From IMG/VR virus record IMGVR_UViG_2731957961_000002: a stretch of DNA of 20,000 nt. One strand, written 5' to 3'. Shown piece after piece: positions 16,345 to 20,000 of the stretch. The notes beneath the pieces were generated by a model that was given only the letters and a program-made list of their open reading frames with translations, was not told where the DNA came from and did no database searches. Origin of the DNA: an uncultured virus (IMG/VR IMGVR_UViG_2731957961_000002) (lineage: Duplodnaviria; Heunggongvirae; Uroviricota; Caudoviricetes). Made by a program: the position numbers and the translations under genes. Within the stretch, counting starts at the first letter, position 1; every line of letters begins with the position of its first letter.

Positions 16345-16733
16345 CAGGCCGCTTCGTTAAATTCGAAATCGGATTCGGGAGTCTCTTCGCCTTTTTCCTC
16401 GAAAGCGTAGTCAGTTTTCACGCGCAGGGCCGGCCGGCTAGTTTCGATATTCTGTCCAGCGACCGGCACCATTTCTGGGAAGCTGATTACAGCTTTCTTG
16501 CCCAGAAGAAACGCAAGCTCAGCCACGCGCCCCAAGGTCATGTCCTTTAGGCCGGTAAGCTCTCGATTGATTACTGAGCGATGAACCCCCAACGCCCGCG
16601 CGATATCCGTCTGCTTTATGCCGCTCTTCTTTTTTTCCTCAGCATAAGCTCTCTGTAATCCACGGCGAACACTCCCAATGAAACGGCCGGCAGCGCGCTT
16701 ATGAGGTTCAATCGTAATCTGAAACGACGTCAT
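16344..16733 (-). CDS. XRE-like HTH protein (putative antitoxin) with an acidic C-terminal tail, 129 aa
   Basis: GIKQTDIARALGVHRSVINRELTG.KDMTLGRVAELAFLLG. Confidence 0.8.
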   Translation of the reverse strand: MTSFQITIEPHKRAAGRFIGSVRRGLQRAYAEEKKKSGIKQTDIARALGVHRSVINRELTGLKDMTLGRVAELAFLLGKKAVISFPEMVPVAGQNIETSRPALRVKTDYAFEEKGEETPESDFEFNEAA

Positions 16734-17199
16734 GTGGATTTTTTCCCGGTACGAACTTGGGTGGGTCTAAGTCGAGCTGGTTCCTGAAAGGAGTTACTTC
16801 CACCTTCGCATAGGGGCCGTAGAGCCCGTAATCAATAATGCGCCTCTTCGTGTCACCTATCACTCCGACGAAGCAGTCCTTTTGAGGAAACCAACCGAAG
16901 ATACGCAGGTCAGTAGTTTTCAGTTCCCAAATGCCATCCTCCACATGATTGAGAGGCTTGAAATGTTGATCATAAGTAAGCGTGTCTCCTGAGCAGAAAA
17001 GCGCGACGAATTCGTCGAATTGCTGGATGGGCAAAGACTCAACATTTCGATCCGACACGAGGCCAGGCAAATCATTTTCGATCCATGTCCTCAGCTTGGG
17101 GCCAGCGTAAATGCGGCGCATCTCCTGCTGCGGGTGGTCCAGTTGCGGGTCCAACTTGAAAAGATCACCTCTCCCGACCAAATCTATAACTGTTGCCAT
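16708..17199 (-). CDS. putative RelE/HigB-like toxin, ~163 aa
   Basis: FKPL...EDGIWELKT.DLRIFGWF motif; lies upstream of and overlaps the HTH gene. Confidence 0.6.
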   Translation of the reverse strand: MATVIDLVGRGDLFKLDPQLDHPQQEMRRIYAGPKLRTWIENDLPGLVSDRNVESLPIQQFDEFVALFCSGDTLTYDQHFKPLNHVEDGIWELKTTDLRIFGWFPQKDCFVGVIGDTKRRIIDYGLYGPYAKVEVTPFRNQLDLDPPKFVPGKNPHDVVSDYD

Positions 17200-17305
17200 A
17201 CAAGTCAACAACCCTTATACGAAATGCTTAACGTGAGTCGAAAAGTCACACTCACTCTACCTATCCGCGCGCGAAAGGGAAATGTGACAACGTAAACTGA
17301 CCTAT

Positions 17306-17339
17306 TATGCTTGACGTTAAGAATATAGGGTCATATAGT
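17306..17339 (+). promoter_or_regulatory. sigma70 promoter of the transposase (TTGACG-N17-TATAGT), probably leaderless, with a palindrome over the -35
   Basis: -10 ends 6 nt before ATG 17346; imperfect palindrome TATGCTTGAC/GTTAAGAATA at 17306-17325. Confidence 0.65.
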
Positions 17340-17345
17340 CCAGCC

Positions 17346-18373
17346 ATGAACAAGCTGGACCGAAGGACGCGCGCCCAAATCCTGCNACCTCCTTTGCGAG
17401 GGCCAATCGATCCGCGCCGTTACCCGCCTGACCGGATGNCAGCAAGAACACCGTTGCGAAGTTGCTGGTTGAGGCTGGGCACGCCTGCGCCGCCTATCAG
17501 GACAAGGCGCTTCGGAACCTGCCGTGCAAGCGCGTCCAGATGGATGAAATCTGGAGCTTCGTTTACGCCAAGGCCGCCAACGTAGAGAAGGCTAAGGCCG
17601 CTCCCGCGAGCGCTGGGGACGTTTGGACGTGGACAGCCATCTGCGCCGACACCAAGCTAATTGTTAGCTGGTTGCTCGGCTCTCGCGATCTGGATGCCGC
17701 TCTGGCGTTCACTGGCGATCTGAGAAGCCGCTTAGCAAGCCGCGCCCAGCTCACCAGCGACGGTCACGGCTCGTACCTAAGTGCCGTGGACGCTACATTC
17801 GGTGATGATGTTGATTACGCCATGCTGGTGAAGCTGTACGGCGCAGACCCTCAGGCCGAAACACGCTACAGCCCGGCAAAGTGCATCGGGGCACGCAAAG
17901 AGCCTAAAATCGGCTCTCCCGACAAGAAGCACATCAGCACTTCCTATGTTGAGCGTAGCAACCTTACCATGCGGATGCACATGCGCCGCTTTACCCGGCT
18001 CACCAATGCATTCTCAAAGAAGGTCGAGAACCACGCCGCAGCGATTGCGCTCCACACGTTCTACTACAACTTCGTCCGTATCCATCAGACGCTCAAGGTG
18101 ACGCCCGCAATGGCTGCGGGCGTCACGGATAAGCTTTGGGAGATGGATGATTTGGTTGCGATGCTGGAGCAGTGGGAGCTATCGAACTTCAAGCCGGAAT
18201 ATCAATTCGTGGTGCGTCAATACGCGATTGGTAAGGGCCATTCGGTGAGCGTTCTGTGGCGCGGCGGTGAAGTGGACAGCATCTATGGTTTTGCAAGCGA
18301 ATACGACGCCTTGCAGTGGATCAAGGACAAGTCGCAAGCTTGGCTGATAGATACCAAAACGGCCCGATCATGA
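17346..18373 (+). CDS. IS1-family DDE transposase, ~341 aa
   Basis: Removing the two Ns (17386, 17439) gives one ORF: HTH LCEGQSIRAVTRLTGCSKNTV, MDEIWSFV, LTSDG...Y, STSYVER.NLTMR...RRFTRLTNAFSKK.ENH, YNF.R.H, TPAMAAG. Confidence 0.93.
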
Positions 18374-18495
18374 TACGGCAATGCCGTTGACCTTTTGTAT
18401 TGCAACTATTAGATGTTGATGGCGTTAGAGTGCAGGCGTAGGCTGGCAGAGCGCGCGCCGCGCCAACAAAAAACTGCTCTTAGAACTCCACATCG

Positions 18496-18511
18496 TTAAT
18501 CAAACATTAAC
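18496..18511 (+). promoter_or_regulatory. CtrA-box-like site TTAA-N7-TTAAC
   Basis: TTAA-TCAAACA-TTAAC, 22 nt upstream of ATG 18534. Confidence 0.5.
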
Positions 18512-18533
18512 GTCTAAAGAGCGAAAGTCAGCT

Positions 18534-18812
18534 ATGAACACAGACGTCCAAATCATCACCGTAGAAGTCCGACGCTCCAACAGCGGCCTATATACGGCCA
18601 CTAGCGACGCGCTTGATGGTGTGTACATGGCTCACACCGACCGTGAGGCCATCGTTGCCGACCTGCCGGCCGTGGTCAGTCGTTGGTTCAAGAGCAACCA
18701 CAACATTGACGTGGATGTCTTCATGCGGCCTCCGGTTCCGAACAATGGTGGGTTTTATATACCCACAATTCCGGTACCCGCAGAAATTGCGGCGCGCTCC
18801 CTAGGGCGCTAA
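18534..18812 (+). CDS. HicB/DUF1902-like protein, 92 aa
   Basis: ITVEV....SGLYTATSD.L.G........EAI...LP.VV pattern of a partial RNase H fold. Confidence 0.6.
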   Translation: MNTDVQIITVEVRRSNSGLYTATSDALDGVYMAHTDREAIVADLPAVVSRWFKSNHNIDVDVFMRPPVPNNGGFYIPTIPVPAEIAARSLGR

Positions 18813-18848
18813 AAGTCACCAGCCACTTTCGGGCTGGGATGATTCGCC

Positions 18849-19061
18849 GTGACTGTCGAAGAATACTACGGATGGTTCGAAGCCTGCGGCTATACAGCCA
18901 CGGGAGAGGGCACCGTGACGACGGTAGAGATGTACAATCCTGAGCGCCGCAAGTTTATCTACCCTCCACGCCCAGATGACCTATCGCCTGACCATAGACG
19001 GGAAGCAGCCGAAGGGCTGAGCCGTCACTTTGGATGGTCGATGGCGCAGGGTCTGCATTAA
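18849..19061 (+). CDS. small hypothetical protein, possibly HicA-like fold, 70 aa
   Basis: Size and predicted alpha-beta-beta-beta-alpha pattern; follows the HicB-like gene; no G-S-H motif. Confidence 0.45.
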   Translation: MTVEEYYGWFEACGYTATGEGTVTTVEMYNPERRKFIYPPRPDDLSPDHRREAAEGLSRHFGWSMAQGLH

Positions 19062-19216
19062 CCAAGCGATTTCTTTCGGGGTCATTTTTCAAACTGACCC
19101 ACTACCGACCGCCGAGTTCGGTTCATCGCTGCAAATAGTCGGCAAGACCACCATCGCCGCGCGCCACCCAACCAAGACCCTGTTAGCCGGGCTTAGCCGT
19201 GCAGCACGGTCAGCCA

Positions 19217-19603
19217 TTAGTCCCTCCACTCACGTCGAGACACAGGCGTGCGTGTTGTGGCGGTTCGCCATGGCTTGCTGCCTCGATATCCTCGCTCAAC
19301 CTCCACCCCATAGCTGTCGCGCGCTACAAACGTGTCGGGGTTGATGTTGCGCCAGCGCTGACTGCTGTCCTACTGCCACTCGAAGCTGATGGTGTCGGTC
19401 TTGTAAGCCCATTTGCGGAAGCCAAGCCCGAGGAAGGAATAGGTGTGCCCGTCGATCTTGATCACGTGTGAATGCCAAGCTCGTCCGTTGCGGCCCCGAC
19501 TCGGCGGCCGGTGCTTGTCCTTCAGGTAGGTCTCATAGCTGTCGATCTTGGCGTTCTCGACGCGATGGAGCGCGCCATTGTCGGGGAGGGTTGGGTCGGT
19601 CAT
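19217..19603 (-). pseudogene. hypothetical protein with an in-frame TAG at 19370-19372
   Basis: The frame continues with protein-like sequence after EWQ* (DSSQRWRNINPDTF...SRREWRD) to TAA 19217; likely a TGG>TAG change. Confidence 0.65.
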
Positions 19604-20000
19604 TGATAGGCGATCACGATCTCGATGCGCTCGCTCATGCTTTGATGGGGGAACTTCTCGGCGTGCTGCAGCACCTCCGGCGTCGGCATAACCAGACCAG
19701 ATTGCCCCTTTGGGGCGACGCAGTTCCGCCCGCTCTTGATGTAAAAGGCGCAGCCGCCATAGCCGGATTGGGGCTCGCCTCTAGATAGATGCGGCCCTTC
19801 TCTGGATTCTTGCCGGTGACCTTGGAGACGACGAACCACAGTCGGTTCGCATACGTCTCTCGGATCACGGCAACGTCGCCTTCGTTCGCGTTCCGGTAAT
19901 ACGCCGCGATCTCCTCCTGTGACTGCCCGGCGCTCGGATCACCGGGTCGCTCATGGCCCATCAACTGCCGCATGCCCGCGAGGACAGGATGGGTCGTCAT
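19600..20000 (-). pseudogene. hypothetical protein with a probable frameshift near 19770
   Basis: Frame A (...KGRIYLEASP) joins frame B (SGYGGCAFYIKSGRNCVAPKGQ...), whose stop overlaps the next ATG (ATGA). Confidence 0.55.

Larger units (their letters stand above)
15559..19106. mobile_element. IS1-family cargo-carrying transposon, 3548 bp
   Basis: Perfect 18-bp IRs GGTAGTGGGTCAGTTTGA (15559-15576) and TCAAACTGACCCACTACC (19089-19106); 8-bp target duplication GACCGCCG (15551-15558 and 19107-19114); internal DDE transposase. Confidence 0.95.

Noticed and set aside
17380..17465. Programmed frameshift or pseudogene in the transposase (InsA/InsB-like split)
   Set aside because: Both breaks coincide with single Ns; deleting them gives an intact 1026-nt ORF and there is no A6C slippery site.

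Overview
GC-rich accessory region that looks alphaproteobacterial (Bradyrhizobium-like, inferred from gene families and promoter motifs). The assembly is imperfect: an N gap at 3601-3679 and single Ns at 17386 and 17439. From left to right: (1) the end of a prophage late module (tail-fibre-like C-terminus, SLOG/DUF2493, FlbD-like, frameshifted GH25 endolysin); (2) a stress islet at 2.1-4.5 kb with csbD, small proteins and at least five EcfG/sigmaT-type promoters, two of which appear to drive tandem, related ~85-95 nt non-coding transcripts with their own terminators; (3) a phage-like minus-strand operon (HicA-like/wHTH fusion, XRE, CxxCxxCC protein); (4) an AraC regulator and a DUF559-like nuclease; (5) a serine resolvase and an orphan HigA whose promoters share a TACGTA-N-TAC(G/A)TA palindrome; (6) a LigD-ligase pseudogene and a cluster of secreted proteins; (7) a complete 3548-bp IS1-family cargo transposon (15559-19106, perfect 18-bp inverted repeats, 8-bp target duplication) carrying a RelE-like/HTH/DUF6941-like trio and a HicB/HicA-like pair; (8) two decayed genes. 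All family calls come from motif recognition by eye, not from database searches.
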